Origin: Vicugna vicugna | Lineage: Eukaryota | Assembly (NCBI GenBank): GCA_013265495.1 | Contig: MU058531.1 | Coordinates: forward strand, 2,852,911 to 2,916,910 | Length of the DNA: 64,000 nucleotides | Direction: 5' to 3' | In this document: positions 1 through 12,892 of the stretch, one piece after another | Layout of the letters: every line of letters begins with the position of its first letter | Numbering within the stretch: position 1 is the stretch's first letter | The notes under the pieces: generated by a model | What the model was told of the DNA's origin: nothing | What the model saw: the letters and a program-made list of their open reading frames with translations, nothing else | Database searches by the model: none | Translations under genes and position numbers: made by a program

Positions 1-171
1 AAGCTTCCACATAAGCCAAAAAAGTGCTTGGCTTTGAGCTTTGCAGCGTCCTATGAATGGGATTCCTTGCTTTTGCCCTGATGACATATCTTACATCTCA
101 AATTGCAAGGAATGTGCTTAGAGTTTTATGCAACTTTAGTCATGAAGTTAAATTTGACTTTCAATGATTGA

Positions 172-185
172 GTGCCCCCTGGTGG
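172..185 (-). promoter_or_regulatory. Candidate CTCF site
   Basis: Minus strand CCACCAGGGGGCAC matches the CTCF core consensus; motif only. Confidence 0.6.
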
Positions 186-1077
186 TGAATATTTGAATAT
201 TCAAAAATACCTTCAAAAATTTTTGGAGATACGTATTGCAGAAATAAGCTTGAATCTGCTTTAACTTGTCAACAAAGGAAACCGTTCACAAATGTTGGTT
301 AATGTTAGTGCTCGGGACACACCTCACAATTGATGTGATCTTGTCACAGCGTCAGGCAAATGCTCCTGGAGCTGTTTCCATGGAAGGCCCAGGAAGCTCC
401 GCTGGCCTTCAGGTCTGCAGCAGATAGCTCCCCAAACAGCCCAGGCAGCCCAGAACTACTCATGGTCCCAGCAGCAACAGCACGAATCTCCCAGCAGCAG
501 GTGCCCACAACCGCCCTCTTAGAACCAGTCTAAAGGCAACAGGGCCTTTAGGCGGGAGTATCAGTGTGAGGGGTGATGAGGCCTCATAGTTTGACGGTGC
601 TGGTAATCTGGGGAGCAGGCAGCAGAGGAGGGTGAGACGGACTCCAAACTGCTTCCGGTTTGCAGGGGAGTGGGTGACATTGTGATCTCTCTGTCAACTT
701 AGGAGAGTGTCCAAAAATACAGAGAGGTCTTAACTTACCCATCAACCCAAGAGCCCAGAGCTTAAAACCATAGCTACTGGTATAAAGAGAGCAGAAATTG
801 CTTTTCATTTCAGTGTATTTATAACTTAATCAATCGATGATTATTAGTATGAATAGACCACATGTCGTCTCCAGCCCTCAGCCTCTGTGCTCGACATACT
901 CAGTGACAATCCAGTGACTGAGCAATTCATGCAACCTCGTGCATATCAAACTAATCTCAGTATGCAAAGTAGTTGCTGTTGTTAGAAATAACTAAAAGGA
1001 ACAACCTGATGAAAAGCAGAACCAAGCTAGCCCACTGCGTCATAACATGTGAGATGGAGATTTTTTTTTCCCTTTAC

Positions 1078-1155
1078 CTGAAAAGCTATCCTTGTCCAGA
1101 GCCATGAGGTTTCTGGCTTGATAGATATAGCAGCGCAGATGGTAAATGTAGACCC
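1078..1155 (-). CDS. MYOF: MYOF exon ~32 (78 nt), start of next C2 domain
   Basis: (R)VYIYHLRCYIYQARNLMALDKDSFS; AG/GT flanks. Confidence 0.94.
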
Positions 1156-1639
1156 CTGAAAGGGACGGGATGGAGGTCACTTCCAAGAAACACAACACTG
1201 TAAACTGCTATTTTTCTATTTGGAGATAATATACGTTTCACATGAGTGAGTCACCCAAATCTATTTCCCCACAGTCAAGAACACACATCATGGTGATGAT
1301 GTGTCTTCCCAAAGTAAATCTGCTTCCTGCAAACCGAAACTTTTAAAACAATTCTAAAGTAAGCTCAATGCAAGTGTGTCAATCAGGAGAACATACTCCT
1401 GGTCTCAACTACCTGGATTTAGGGTACTGCTTGTCATGGCTGACCTTTAAAATGACACTGGGTCTCCAGGAGTTACAGAAATTGGGCTTTCTATACACCA
1501 GATCAAGGAAGCAGTTAATCTGCTAAACATTTTTTTGATATTTCAAAGACTTTTTACTCCTTATCTTTATTACATGAATGCATATACAACCCTCTCCACT
1601 ACATTGCCACCCCTCCCCATCCCGTTAACACACGATTTG

Positions 1640-1890
1640 AGAGGCAACAGAGCATCGTGATTCACTACACAGGTTCTAGGAACCAGACTACCTGAGTTCA
1701 AATCTCTTTACTGCTTACAAGCTGTTAAGATCTTGGTCAAGTTCTTTAATCTTCCTGCACCTTGGTTTCCTCACCTGTAAAACTGAGAACAGTACCTACC
1801 TTCTAGGGTCGTTATAAGGCTTAAATGAGTTAGCATATACATAGTGCCTGGCACATGCAAAGACCTACATGAGTATTTGCTATCATTATT
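1640..1890 (+). mobile_element. MIR SINE
   Basis: MIR core (gagttcaaatc...gtttcctcacctgtaaaac...gtgcctggcacat). Confidence 0.8.
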
Positions 1891-2227
1891 ACAGAGTAGG
1901 TCTGCCTCATCCCCAAATTCCTGAAGGTTATCATTAAAACCAACCTTACCTTTTCGTACTTTTTTTCCTAATTAAAACCATCTTTTGGGTGAGCTTAACA
2001 GAGGGAATGAGTACTAACCAAACCGATCGTGTTAAAATCAATGGTCTGACCACCCTCCACCCCAAATATATTTCTTAAAACTGTACTTTTAAAAATCATC
2101 TCCGTTAAGCAAGGAAAATTAAAGTCACATTGCATAAAGTGATTTTTATCATATTTGGTGATTCGATGAGTTTTATGGAGATGAAAGTCGTAGAAGTGAA
2201 ATTCATTAACACATGGTTAATACTTAC

Positions 2228-2336
2228 TGTCAAAATTACAGGAGACAATGGGAGTGTTTGCTCCAAACACAGTGGTGGCGCTGTGCTTCTGTTTTTCTAC
2301 ACTCTTTTCATCTCCATCCTCCGTAGTGTCTGCGCC
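2228..2336 (-). CDS. MYOF: MYOF exon ~31 (109 nt)
   Basis: GADTTEDGDEKSVEKQKHSATTVFGANTPIVSCNFD; gtaagt donor. Confidence 0.95.
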
Positions 2337-3197
2337 CTAAAGAGGCAGAAAAACCAATGAACAATGCCGGAAAAACAAAGAGGCAAGAACTGCAAACAAA
2401 CGGAATGGTTGCTTTTAAAAGAGATTCTCTTCATTTAATCACTCCATTTTTAAAGGTGAATAAAGCCCAAGACAGAAAGTGACGTCCCCATGGTCACTTA
2501 GCTGGACAAAGACAGAGCAGGAGGTTGAAACCAGCCTCAAGGCCAGGTTTACCAAACCCTGCTCCTGAAAGAAAAAATGCGAGGATTAAAAGGAAGGGAG
2601 GAGAAAGGGCAAGAACAGTGGGAGGAGGACAGAGAAGGGTCAGTGTGTAGAAATATAAAAATAGCTTGTGTTTGGAAATGGCCCCTGACTGCCGCACTGT
2701 TCTAACCCCATCACCCTCGCTTTCTTACTCATCCTTTCTGCCTCTCTACTTTTTTTCACTCTGCCTTTTTACTGCACTTCCATATGAATCGTTCTCTAAT
2801 TGTGTAGCCATCCTTCTGTTCTCCTCCTCCTCATGTCTGTATATTTAACTTTCTTGGTTTGTTAAACAGTTGTAGTTTCCAAATATGACCCCAAGAACCT
2901 GTACCTGGGATGTTAACAGATGTCACCTACAGCAAAGGTTTTGGAACAGATATATTTGGAAAATGCTAGATGAAACAGCATTAAACAGGTGTGTCTGCAG
3001 ACAGACTTCTTAGAACCCTTCGTATGCTAAAGGTCTGTTCATTCTACGAAAATTACTGAACTCCTAGGATGCGTGGCTTTTTCCCAAATTACGTGTGGCC
3101 TTGCAGTACTGGAGGGACCCCTACAGAGTCAATGGTGTCATATCCAACATTCCTATGTTCCCTATGCCAATATTCAGCTTGGCTACGTGTCACTTAC

Positions 3198-3371
3198 AAG
3201 GGCACCTTCAAGTTTAAAGATGGCAGCTGCACCATGTGTTTCTGAAGGTGCCATTTTCCTCCTCCAGCGTCTGCGGCGAAAGGTATCTGAACTACGCTGT
3301 TTCCAGTGAAATCTCCAGCCAATTAAAGAGGCATATTCCCAGCCCTCCCTGTCTTCATATTCTTCCATGGC
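3198..3371 (-). CDS. MYOF: MYOF exon ~30 (174 nt)
   Basis: [58 protein letters not shown]; gtaagt donor. Confidence 0.96.
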
Positions 3372-5084
3372 CTGAAACAGAAATGAAACATTTAATGATG
3401 CTAATCATAACAACAACATGCCCTGTATTGATAAAGTAGATTATCTGATCAATCAACAAATGCGCACTGAAAATCTGCTCTGTTCCAGGCACTGTGCTAA
3501 GAGCCAGGGATATAACAGAGAACAAAACACACATGCCCCCTGCCCTTGAAGAGCTGAGGGACTGCAGGGATACAGAGAGATGAGCAGGCAATTCAAGTAA
3601 AATGAGATGTTGCCAAGACGGCGCCTGTACCACCAGGCGGGCACCTTATTCAGACTTGGCAGTGGGTGGGGGAGGGAGGTAAAGTAAACGGATTCTTTTC
3701 CAAACTACTGTCTCTTTTCTCCCTTCATTTGCTCATAAGACCATTGCTATTGCAATACAGTCTGGGAAACATTGTCATCTCCATTTTCTACATGAAAGGG
3801 AAAAAATACCACCCTCGCCAGGGTTTAAATGCCTTGTCTCAGCTAATAGCTTCTATGACTAATAATTAGATGATAAATCAGGCTGTATTATTTCTGTAAT
3901 AACTACTATTGAATGAGTATATTATTTTTTATCTTAAAACTGTTTATATATAAATGATCTCGGTTTTAAATGTTTTATTCAATTCATTCAAGAAATATGA
4001 GTGCCTACTATGTGACAGGGATTAGGTTAAGAGCGGAGGAAGCCGTGAAGAAAAAGACAGAGTCCTTGCCCTCATGTAACTGACCATGTTAGTGGTAGAC
4101 ATTTTATGTCAGTATCTTAAAAGTAAGACTAGATTTAGTAGATGTAAAATAATATTGAATATTTATGATTTCAGGAATAAGAGCTCCATGTAGGTTATTA
4201 TCATTGTAGGCACTGTTTTAACTTTGAATACACAAAATCCAAGTCCAGCACAGTCTTGTAATTGACCCTCTAGCAGTGTTACTAGTTGGCACTGAAATAC
4301 TTCACGCAGCCAGGAGTGAGGCAGGTTAGGGACCATGATCAAAGTCTCAACAACACTTTTTAGTAGGACTGGACCACGTTTCCAGTCTTCTGACTGGTGA
4401 CTTAGTGTTCTTTCCACTTCACGCTGGTGCTCTCACGTGAAAGGAGGGAGTCAAGTGCCTTGAGAAACTTCTGACCCCATCAGGATAGGGATGATTGAAA
4501 AAATATTCTTTCATCACCTCATTTGTTCCACTTCATTACTGATTAGGAACAAGTTCCTGAGCTAGCAAGAAGAATGCAACGATGACTATGGTTTCTATCT
4601 CCGGAACCACAGAAGAACCTAGAAGCTCACTGTCTAAAATAAAGTCACTTCCTCGCATCCACAATGAGTCAAGCACTTTGTGGAACAGAATGAGTTCCTA
4701 TTTGGAATAGGTGCAGCCTGGGCAAATACTCTATCACGTACTAGACACGTGGCCTAGAGCAAATCTATTTAACCTCTGTGAGCCTTATCTGTAAAATGAG
4801 ATAAAATGCAAATTTGTGGGTTGTAGATGATGCATATTCAGTACCTACCATGACAGAAGGCACACAAAACATGCCACTCATTGTTACTGTATTATTGTTC
4901 CACTTAATTTGTTATTATTCCATTTATGCCTGTAATACCCTAATTAGATACATGAAATTATACTCATTTTGCAGATGAGAAAGGAAATGAAGCCAGGAAT
5001 TGAATCCTTAGGTGTCTTATTCCCAGTCCTGAGCTCTTGCCACTAACTACATTCTGCTACGAAAATAGTTTCTATTACCGTCTC

Positions 5085-5230
5085 TTGAGTGGGTCACATT
5101 ATTTAGCCCGCTTCAGAATCACCTGAAGACTTATTTGTTGAAACCCAGATTGCTGGGCTCCACCCCCAGAGTTCCTAAATCAGTAGGTCTGGGGTAGGCG
5201 TATGCTTTGAGAACCCATGAGCAAAGCACT
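5085..5230. mobile_element. MER5-like hAT MITE fragment
   Basis: cagaatcacctg...cagattgctgggctccacccccagagttcc...cagtaggtctgggg. Confidence 0.65.
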
Positions 5231-5339
5231 GGGCCCTTGATTGGCAAATGGTTGCTGTAGAAAGAGCCGAGTTAACCGGGGTTCTGTGTGGCCTGGAAGT
5301 CAGAGCCCCAGCCCAGCTCCCTCCCATCGCCCCTCTTAC

Positions 5340-5485
5340 CCTTGCAGTACTTGAAGTGGTTTGTGTTAAGTCTTTCTTGCGTTTTCGGACCAGCCTTCGC
5401 CGTCTGTGAGTATGATACATTTTCTCCGCTGCGACCCAGGATTTGGGCTTATTATCAGGAGGAATGGTAATTCCATACTCCCAGC
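5340..5485 (-). CDS. MYOF: MYOF exon ~29 (146 nt)
   Basis: [49 protein letters not shown] (DysF motifs); gtaaga donor. Confidence 0.96.
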
Positions 5486-6604
5486 CTGTAATAGAGTTTG
5501 TGAATGGTTATCAAAAAGAGATGCATTTGCCAGGCTGCCAAATAAAGTTCCAGGAAACCTTCCATCACTCTTCGCCCTCCAACATTCTCTTCTGTTGTGA
5601 CTGAATCAGCCAAACTGAATACAGTCCGAGCCCCCTGGATCCCTCTTTAAAAAGCTTCCTTTGTGGCCATGGGTTCTCTCCTCCATGTTTCTACTTCCAG
5701 TCATTCGTGGTAATTGAGTGCATCTAAGAATCAAGCATGATATAAGGGGCAGATGAGGACAGTGATGAAGAGTATATAGTCAATAGCCTGGGTTCAAATC
5801 CCAGCACCACCACCTGCTGCTCGTTTACTTAAAAAGTTTCTTGCAAGTTAATAAACCTGCTTATAGCTCGATTTTCCCAGCATAAAGGTAAAATAAATCC
5901 TCTTAAAAAAGAATTAATCAAAATCATGCATGCAAAGCACTAGGACCATGATTAACATACAGTTTGTACTCAGTGTTTATTATTATAAGGCCAGGTGTAC
6001 ATTGAGATCATCAAGGAATTTATAATCCAATCAAAATCTTTATCATTGCTAGTTCTTTCTGTGTCCTACTCCCTCTTATAAGAAATTAAAAAATCAAAAT
6101 TTCTTTTTCAATAATTCTAAATGTTATAGCTCATTTAACTTCAGAGTATTATTCACAGAAAAGAACAAACAATACCATCCACAGAAGCTGTGTCAGTAGT
6201 CTGCATCATTGCTGAACAGGATGACTTTTAGGGCATTTTGCAGTTCTTTTCTGAGCTACGAGGCCCCTGAGTGGGATGTTTCCAGGGAGGGTCTGGTTTG
6301 GTTTTTAGAGAAAATCCAAACTCCAATTCCTTCCCAAATTCTCATCCGGGGTCCCCAGCATCTCAAAGCCCAGCCACCTGGTACCCTGTTACCTTGTATC
6401 TTTCACTCTTGGTGGCCCCCCACCCTGCACTTGTCCAAGCACTTGCTTGTCTTTCACATTGTGCATCTGAATAGCCACAGGTAACAACACCATGCACCTG
6501 GCTGTCTTAGACCAAAAGGGGTGAGACTCCTCCCTCCCAAGGAAACTTTTTAACCAAGGCCTTGCTGCAGAGCCCCCGGTCAGGTAACAGATCTAAAATG
6601 TTAC

Positions 6605-6710
6605 CTCTCTCATCCACTGCACGATTAATGTCATAGACCCACGCGTCATCTTCCCATTCCCAACCTGGAGGGCACGTGAGCTCGCCGGGTGATGCTGCTT
6701 TATCACCGTT
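6605..6710 (-). CDS. MYOF: MYOF exon ~28 (106 nt)
   Basis: NGDKAASPGELTCPPGWEWEDDAWVYDINRAVDER; poly-T aag acceptor, gtaaca donor. Confidence 0.95.
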
Positions 6711-7199
6711 CTTAAAAAAAAAAAACAAAAACAACAATGAAGGGCATAACAACACAATTCTCTTCAGGTGAGGAAAAAAATTAAATATTTGTATATGAAC
6801 AGAACAGAAGACTGTTATCAATGGTTATCTCTAGGGGGTGGGATATGGATCAGGGAGAAGAATTAGTTTTCATTTTCTTTTATGCTGTTTGAACATTCTA
6901 AAGACAGAAGCATTCGATGTTATGATTTTAAAAATGTTAAATAGTAAATAAATATTTATAGCAAAAAATTGTACAATCTACCAGACTTTCCCGAGTACAT
7001 CATCTAGTTAAACAGACCCAGTGTCTTTTCTCTAGGAAATAATCACCAGTGCACTTTGGAGGTTTGAGTTATAAATGAGGGCTGTTCAGAACAGGGGATG
7101 GAGCAGAAGAGACAGGGAAGCCTGCCTTGGCGTTGGTGGACTCACAGATGCTTTCACAAAGCTCATGCATCAGGACTTATCCGGGGAGCGGGTGCTCAC

Positions 7200-7314
7200 C
7201 GCGTCTGTGTAGGTGTCCTCTGCTGGCTTCCACTCGCCGCCGGGGTAGCGACTCTCGTTCTGATACACTTCATCCGTGAACTCAGTGTGACCCGCATCCG
7301 CTTCGGTCAGCAAG
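7200..7314 (-). CDS. MYOF: MYOF exon ~27 (115 nt)
   Basis: LLTEADAGHTEFTDEVYQNESRYPGGEWKPAEDTYTDA; gtgagc donor. Confidence 0.96.
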
Positions 7315-8485
7315 CTGTGGGCCAGGGGGCTTGTGTTACCGAAAGTGAACTGCTCACCGACCACCCCCGCTACTTCCAACAGCCGGGAAGCATCCGCACC
7401 CCGGGGGTGGCACCCGTTTCCCCCTCACCCTACCCCGTTGGGTTTTCCACTCCAAACTCCTCTTTGTACTAACAGCTTTTGACGTTCCTTTGAAGAGGGG
7501 CCGGAACAATGAGACCCAAATTACAGAGAACGTCTCAAACGAGCGGGGTTGCTCCTGCCCGGTAATCAGGGCGGGGACTGGGAAAGCAGCCTTGCGGGCG
7601 GCTTCTGGGGACCAGGCTTCCAGGCTTCTGCTTCAGTTCAGGGCTGTTCGGCTTTTTCTCAGCAAGACTCTTGGCTAACAGTTCAAAAGAACAGAAGGTC
7701 GTCTTCCTTCATTCTCTCTATTTTTAAAAACGGAGTGGACACAGTCTCCTGGGTCAAGTGGGGAAACTTTTACTCATGGCTTCCTTGGTCTACGTAACAT
7801 GAACTGAAGGGAGGAGTTTAGATTTTCTGGATGGTTCCTAGTCCAACAGCCAAACCAGGTCATTTAAGCCTCCAGCGTCCATTTGGGCACTTGAGAAATC
7901 CATACTGACTCCCTGACATGCCAGTTTTCCTCTTGGATTTGGAACTATTTTCACAACCCAGAGAGGAAAGTACAGAGGGTCCAACTTTGACTTAAGTCTT
8001 CTGCCAGGAATGCACTCAAGAGAGGTTTCTTTCGCCTTTACTGGCTCTACATCTTTTCCCTGCTGTACCCTCCCCTAAGAAGCAAGCCCTGGAAAGAAGT
8101 CAGAAAACAAAAAGTTCCAACCATTTGTATAAAGTGGGCTTGCCCATCACTTCTCTGGGCCCCAGAGGAGAAGAGAAGAACTGGCTGCCACCTCTTGGGT
8201 CCCATCCAGCTCTGACCTTCTGCTTTTCCAACCCCAATTCCTCTCACCTTTCCCGGGGCTCACTAACCTTCCCTCCTTCCTTCTTTCCAATTCAAATCCC
8301 ATGCCCCTCCTCCTCACCAGCAATCCCAACTCCACCCAGAACAAGCTGTCCTGGATTAAAAGCAATCACGTGCAAACACTTGGTCTTAACAGACCAGATC
8401 CAGCACACTCATTTCCCTCCTTCCTTAATGCCTGTGTGGTTATAGGAAACAAATGTGGAGAGAGCAAATTCTAGTTTGAGGTCTT

Positions 8486-9044
8486 TTTTTTTTTTTAAAC
8501 TAAATTAAATTTTTTGTTGGGGGAGAGGGAGGTCATTAGGTCATAGAGAACAGACTTAACGCTTACCGGGGGTAAAGGAGGTGGGAAGGGATAAACTGAG
8601 TTCAAAATTTGCACCTCTTAGGGAGTGATGGAAATATGTATCTTGATTGTGGTGGTGGTTTCATAGGTGTACATATCTATCAAAATTCATCAAATTGTAC
8701 ATCTGAAATATATGTAGTTTACGGTACAGAAATTATACCACAATAAAGTTTAAAAAAATTAAAATTGGAGACAATATCTTAATTATCTTTGATTTTATCA
8801 TGGTGCCCAATAAATTGTCAACAAACTTTTTTTTGAATGTTAAAAAAAATAAGGTCTACTTATTTATTGTTAGTTTTTTGTTTTTGTTTTTGTTTTTTTA
8901 ATTGAGGTACTGGGGATGGAACTCAGGACCTCAAAAAAAAATCAGATCTACTTATTTATTATTAGTTTGTTTTTTTTTAATGGAAGTACTTGGGATTGAA
9001 TCCAGAGCTAAGCATGCACTCTACCACTTGAGTTATACCCTACC
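8486..9044 (-). mobile_element. Composite tRNA-derived SINE insertion (SINE head, second partial SINE, L1 3' fragment, SINE tail)
   Basis: 15-bp TSD ctagYttgaggtctt at 8471-8485 and 9045-9059; SINE A/B-box head near 9040 and poly(T) tail near 8490. Confidence 0.75.
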
Positions 9045-9475
9045 CTAGCTTGAGGTCTTAAAATTCAACTTTACAAGCTTGTTTCTTCCAAACGCAAGTA
9101 CACTGTCATGAGGTGGAGAGAGGAGGGCTTTCTGTTTCCAATGCTGTTGGCAACACTTAGAAAACCAGGCTTTGACTTCCCCCAGACCTCCAACATGCTT
9201 GCCCCATGGACTCTTTCTTTTTTGCTTTCTTTTTAACAATTGCTTTTGACATGTAATTCACATACCATCCAATTCATCCATTTAAAGTGTACCCTCTACT
9301 GTTTCCTGCAGACTTTCCAGCGTAAGAGTTGAGAGGTGGTCTTGGTGCCCAGGCTAGACCTGGGTTCTAGCCCTGGCTATACCACTTACTCACAATCTGT
9401 GTGCCTTTGGACAAGTGACTTAATCCCTTTAGGTCTCAGTTTCCCCATCTGTAAAGTGGAGATAATACTGTTTTT

Positions 9476-9916
9476 TGTTGGGAGATAATTCTTTGTGAGT
9501 TGCTTGCATTTCTAAACACAAGCCCTACAGCTTTTGTTACAGACTATCTTTTCAAGGATGTTTATATGGGACAACTTTGGGAGACATAGCATCTCTCTCC
9601 AGAGCAAAGGGTCAGCATGCTTACTACCCATTATAAAGGATTCAGATGCCCTAAAGCTCAGGGTTCCTCTCCTATCAAACAATCCACTTCACGGACAAGT
9701 GTTACCTGGCCCTCTTTTTGTCACCCTGTGGGAATTGGGGCTCAGAGGATGAGAGCAAATGTTGATACTCTGGTACTGCTATTTGCTGTGGGTAACAAAG
9801 CCCTTTGTCTCTGACTCGAGTCTTATATCTCCTGCCAGCATCCATGAGACTGTGGCAGGTGCCCCTGCTAGCTTGTAAGTAGGATAAAAATCTCAGACTC
9901 TTCATGATTTTTGACA
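9476..9916 (+). mobile_element. Solo LTR (ERVL, LTR40-like) inserted in a MIR
   Basis: TG...CA termini (tgttgggagataattct...tttttgaca), tataaa inside; MIR sequence on both sides; family name from memory. Confidence 0.7.
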
Positions 9917-10205
9917 CTTCTATCTTGTAGGACTGTAATCCAGATCTAATAAGATGATACTGGTGCTTAGCACCCTACTTGACACATTCACATAGTACAT
10001 ATTCTCAATAATATTAGTATCAGGTTTTTTTTCTGATTGTCTTATTATGGGACATTGATGACATCTTTCAATTTTTATGAATTTCTATAGACTCTGCTCA
10101 GCGGGTGTTACATAAATATGATCAAGAATGATAGTGGAGAAGATTCATTTAGCAATTTCTAGGGAAAGGCTTCATGATTATCCTTTTTTTCACAGAAAAA
10201 CTTAC

Positions 10206-10369
10206 CTCCTTTCAGGATCAACCATCCAGTCTCCTTCCCATTCCCAGCCTTTTGGAGGCAAAAAGAATTCCCTCTTGAGTTTGATTTTTCCTGTGACGTC
10301 AGAAAATTTATGCCGACCGACTAATCCGGAAGTGCCCCATTTTCCAAACATAAGAGCTTGATTTTCATA
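10206..10369 (-). CDS. MYOF: MYOF exon ~26 (164 nt), DysF start
   Basis: YENQALMFGKWGTSGLVGRHKFSDVTGKIKLKREFFLPPKGWEWEGDWMVDPER; gtaagt donor. Confidence 0.96.
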
Positions 10370-10629
10370 CTATTAAAAAAAAATTGGAGAAACATCATCA
10401 GGGAGGAAGAAATAAAGCCAACACGTAAATTTTCAGGTCCATCTAGGACTTAGGCTGAACAATGAGAAAAAGTGAAAAAATTTTATACTCAGGAGGTATG
10501 GACCTAAGTTGGGCTGTTACTAATTATGCCACTTTGGATAAATCATCCATCTTTCTAAGACTCAGTGTTCCCATCTGTAAACTGAGGATAATGCTACCTT
10601 TCATAAGAGAGTTGCTCTGGAGGTCAAAT

Positions 10630-11176
10630 TGTTGTGGAAACATGTGTTATAGCTCAGTTGTGACAGCAACCTGGATCCGGGCGAGAGACCAAGCAGCACT
10701 GGGAGAGTTGGAGAACTCAGGTTTATTATGCCAGTGGACGCACAGGAGTTAACACTTCAAACTCTGGACCCTGTCTGTAGGTTTACACAGGCCTTTTATA
10801 GGCTGCCAGTTTTACACTTTGCAACATCATATGCAAATAAAGTACAAGTTGACCAACCAGGAACAAGCTTTGTAGAAATAGACCAATCAGGAGTGAGCTC
10901 CATGCAAATGAAGTACTACAAATGGACCAATCAGAAGTTAGGGAAGTGGACCAATCAGGAGTGAGAGTAATAATCAATCAGAAGTGAGAGTAGTAACCAA
11001 TCAGGAGTGAAGGAAAGTGAGCTCAGGGAACGAATAGAATTCTAGGTGTAAGATAGCTGCTTTGGAGGCAAAAAGTGACATAAAGCCTCTGGGCCAGGGA
11101 ACCCGACGCTAGTGGGAGGAGAGGAGCGGCCCTGCATAGGGGTCCTGCCAGTCTTTTTATGGGGCTTCCCTCCTCA
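10630..11176 (-). mobile_element. Solo ERV LTR, same sense as MYOF, inserted in a MIR
   Basis: TG...CA ends; minus-strand TATAAAA (10794-10800) and AATAAA (10722-10727); repeated CCAAT boxes and octamers in the U3-like part. Confidence 0.8.
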
Positions 11177-12871
11177 AACGTACAAATGGTTGTGGAAGTG
11201 CTTTTGTAAACTGGTACGTCATGCTAGTTGTTTCTACCATTATTCTGAATGGCTCCAAATCGTTCTCTGAAACTAACTTTTTAGATACCTGTAAAAAGTC
11301 TTCCATTTATGGATGTGCAGTCTTGTAAAAGTTTATCTGTAAGTCTACTGCCTACAGCTTGGGGTACATTTCCCACGCAGTCCACAAAGACTCCATCTGA
11401 AACACGGAAATCCTTGAGCACCCAGCCTTTGTGTGCCCTTAAAGTTCTCAGCCTTCATCCCCTCTGGAGTGTGGCGGGTAGACCAAGACCTTTCTGGAAG
11501 CAGGTTTCATGGCAACCACAGACTCTGGTTTACAGAGTCTTTCTTTCTGAGTTAGAATGTATAAATCTACAGTGGTCTGCTTGTCACTGTTTCAACCGTT
11601 GAAACAGTTCAGATCTGCCAGTGGTAAGAGTCCCTGTTTGTGTCCAAGCTGAAATCTCCATTTGTCTGTTGATGAGCCCCCTGAGAAGATGATTTGCATA
11701 AGAAGCACGGAAGTTTTTGCCTGGAGGAGGAGGGAAGAAGTTTGAGTAGGGGTCTGATGGGGAAACTGGATTCAAGCAGACTGGATAGTGCCTGTCTCAG
11801 ATGCTGCTCTGAGCTTTGGGCAACAGCTACAGAAGCTGTTATCAGAAAGGGCTGTGAGACTTGGGGGACATGTGAATGGCTAATTTGGTTTCCAAGTGAC
11901 AAGGACACAGAGTGCAGGAGCAATTCGGGCCTATTCTTCCTGCTTGGAAGCCAGCAGGGCTGGAGTCCAATTCAGGTAAGGACCCTGCCATGGACAAGAG
12001 GGCATCAGCTGCAGTGGAGCTGGTGCCTCACGTGGCTTTGAGGCCAAGGCGTTTAACCAGCAGCTGTGGGGCAGGACCATTAGCACAAGTGAGGCGGCAC
12101 AGACTTCCAGAAACTGGGGGGTGGGGGGGTGGGCAGGGAGAGGGGCGGAAATTCTGCAAGAACTGAGGTCTGGTATCAGCACAGGAAGGCAAGAACCAGT
12201 GAAATTTCTATTATTGTTATTCATGTGCTCCTCCTGGTACTCACAGGCTGTTAGAATTTGGAGGAACTTAGAGTCATGCAAAACAACTGAAATGGGGTGG
12301 ATCATCTTGTTACATGAGTTGAAACTCAAGTTCATTCACTGTAGGGAAGGATCTGGAAATGAGAAACAATGGAAGGGAGCCCTGCACTGGTGGCTCCTTG
12401 ATCAGTGCTAGTTTCTCTGGGGTTAGGCCCAGCCACAGAGCTGGAGGGCAGGGGCATGCGAAGAAATCCCACAGGCAAGCAGCAGCAAGTCTCTCCCACA
12501 TGTGCTCTGATGCCCCTTCTCCCCACTGCCCTGATGACCAGACGTCTACATCCACCAGCACGCCCTCTATCTCCAATTGCACTTTCAAGCCTGCATTCTA
12601 ACAATGTTGTATGTGCCTCCTATAGGTTTCACTGTTTTTCAGAGTGGTCCACGATGCCCTGTAGCCACTCACATTGGAATCACAGCAGGTGCCAATCTCT
12701 AACTCAGCTACAGAATCAGAAATCCTCTGGGTGGGATTCTGTTTAGCAAGACACCCAGTTTTACAATCATTGCAATAGATTATGAGATCCTTGAGGACAG
12801 GGTGTGGCTTCTTCATCATCTTCAGCACCTGCCCCTGTGCCTGGCGTAAAGCCAACACTGCCTGAAAGCTT

Positions 12872-12892
12872 GGATGGATGGATGGATGGATG
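12872..12892. repeat. (GGAT)n microsatellite
   Basis: Five tandem GGAT units. Confidence 0.9.

Noticed and set aside
10850..11010. Repeated gaccaatcagga units resembling a CRISPR-like array
   Set aside because: Units are short, degenerate and irregularly spaced CCAAT-box repeats inside an LTR in mammalian DNA; no unique spacers or cas genes.
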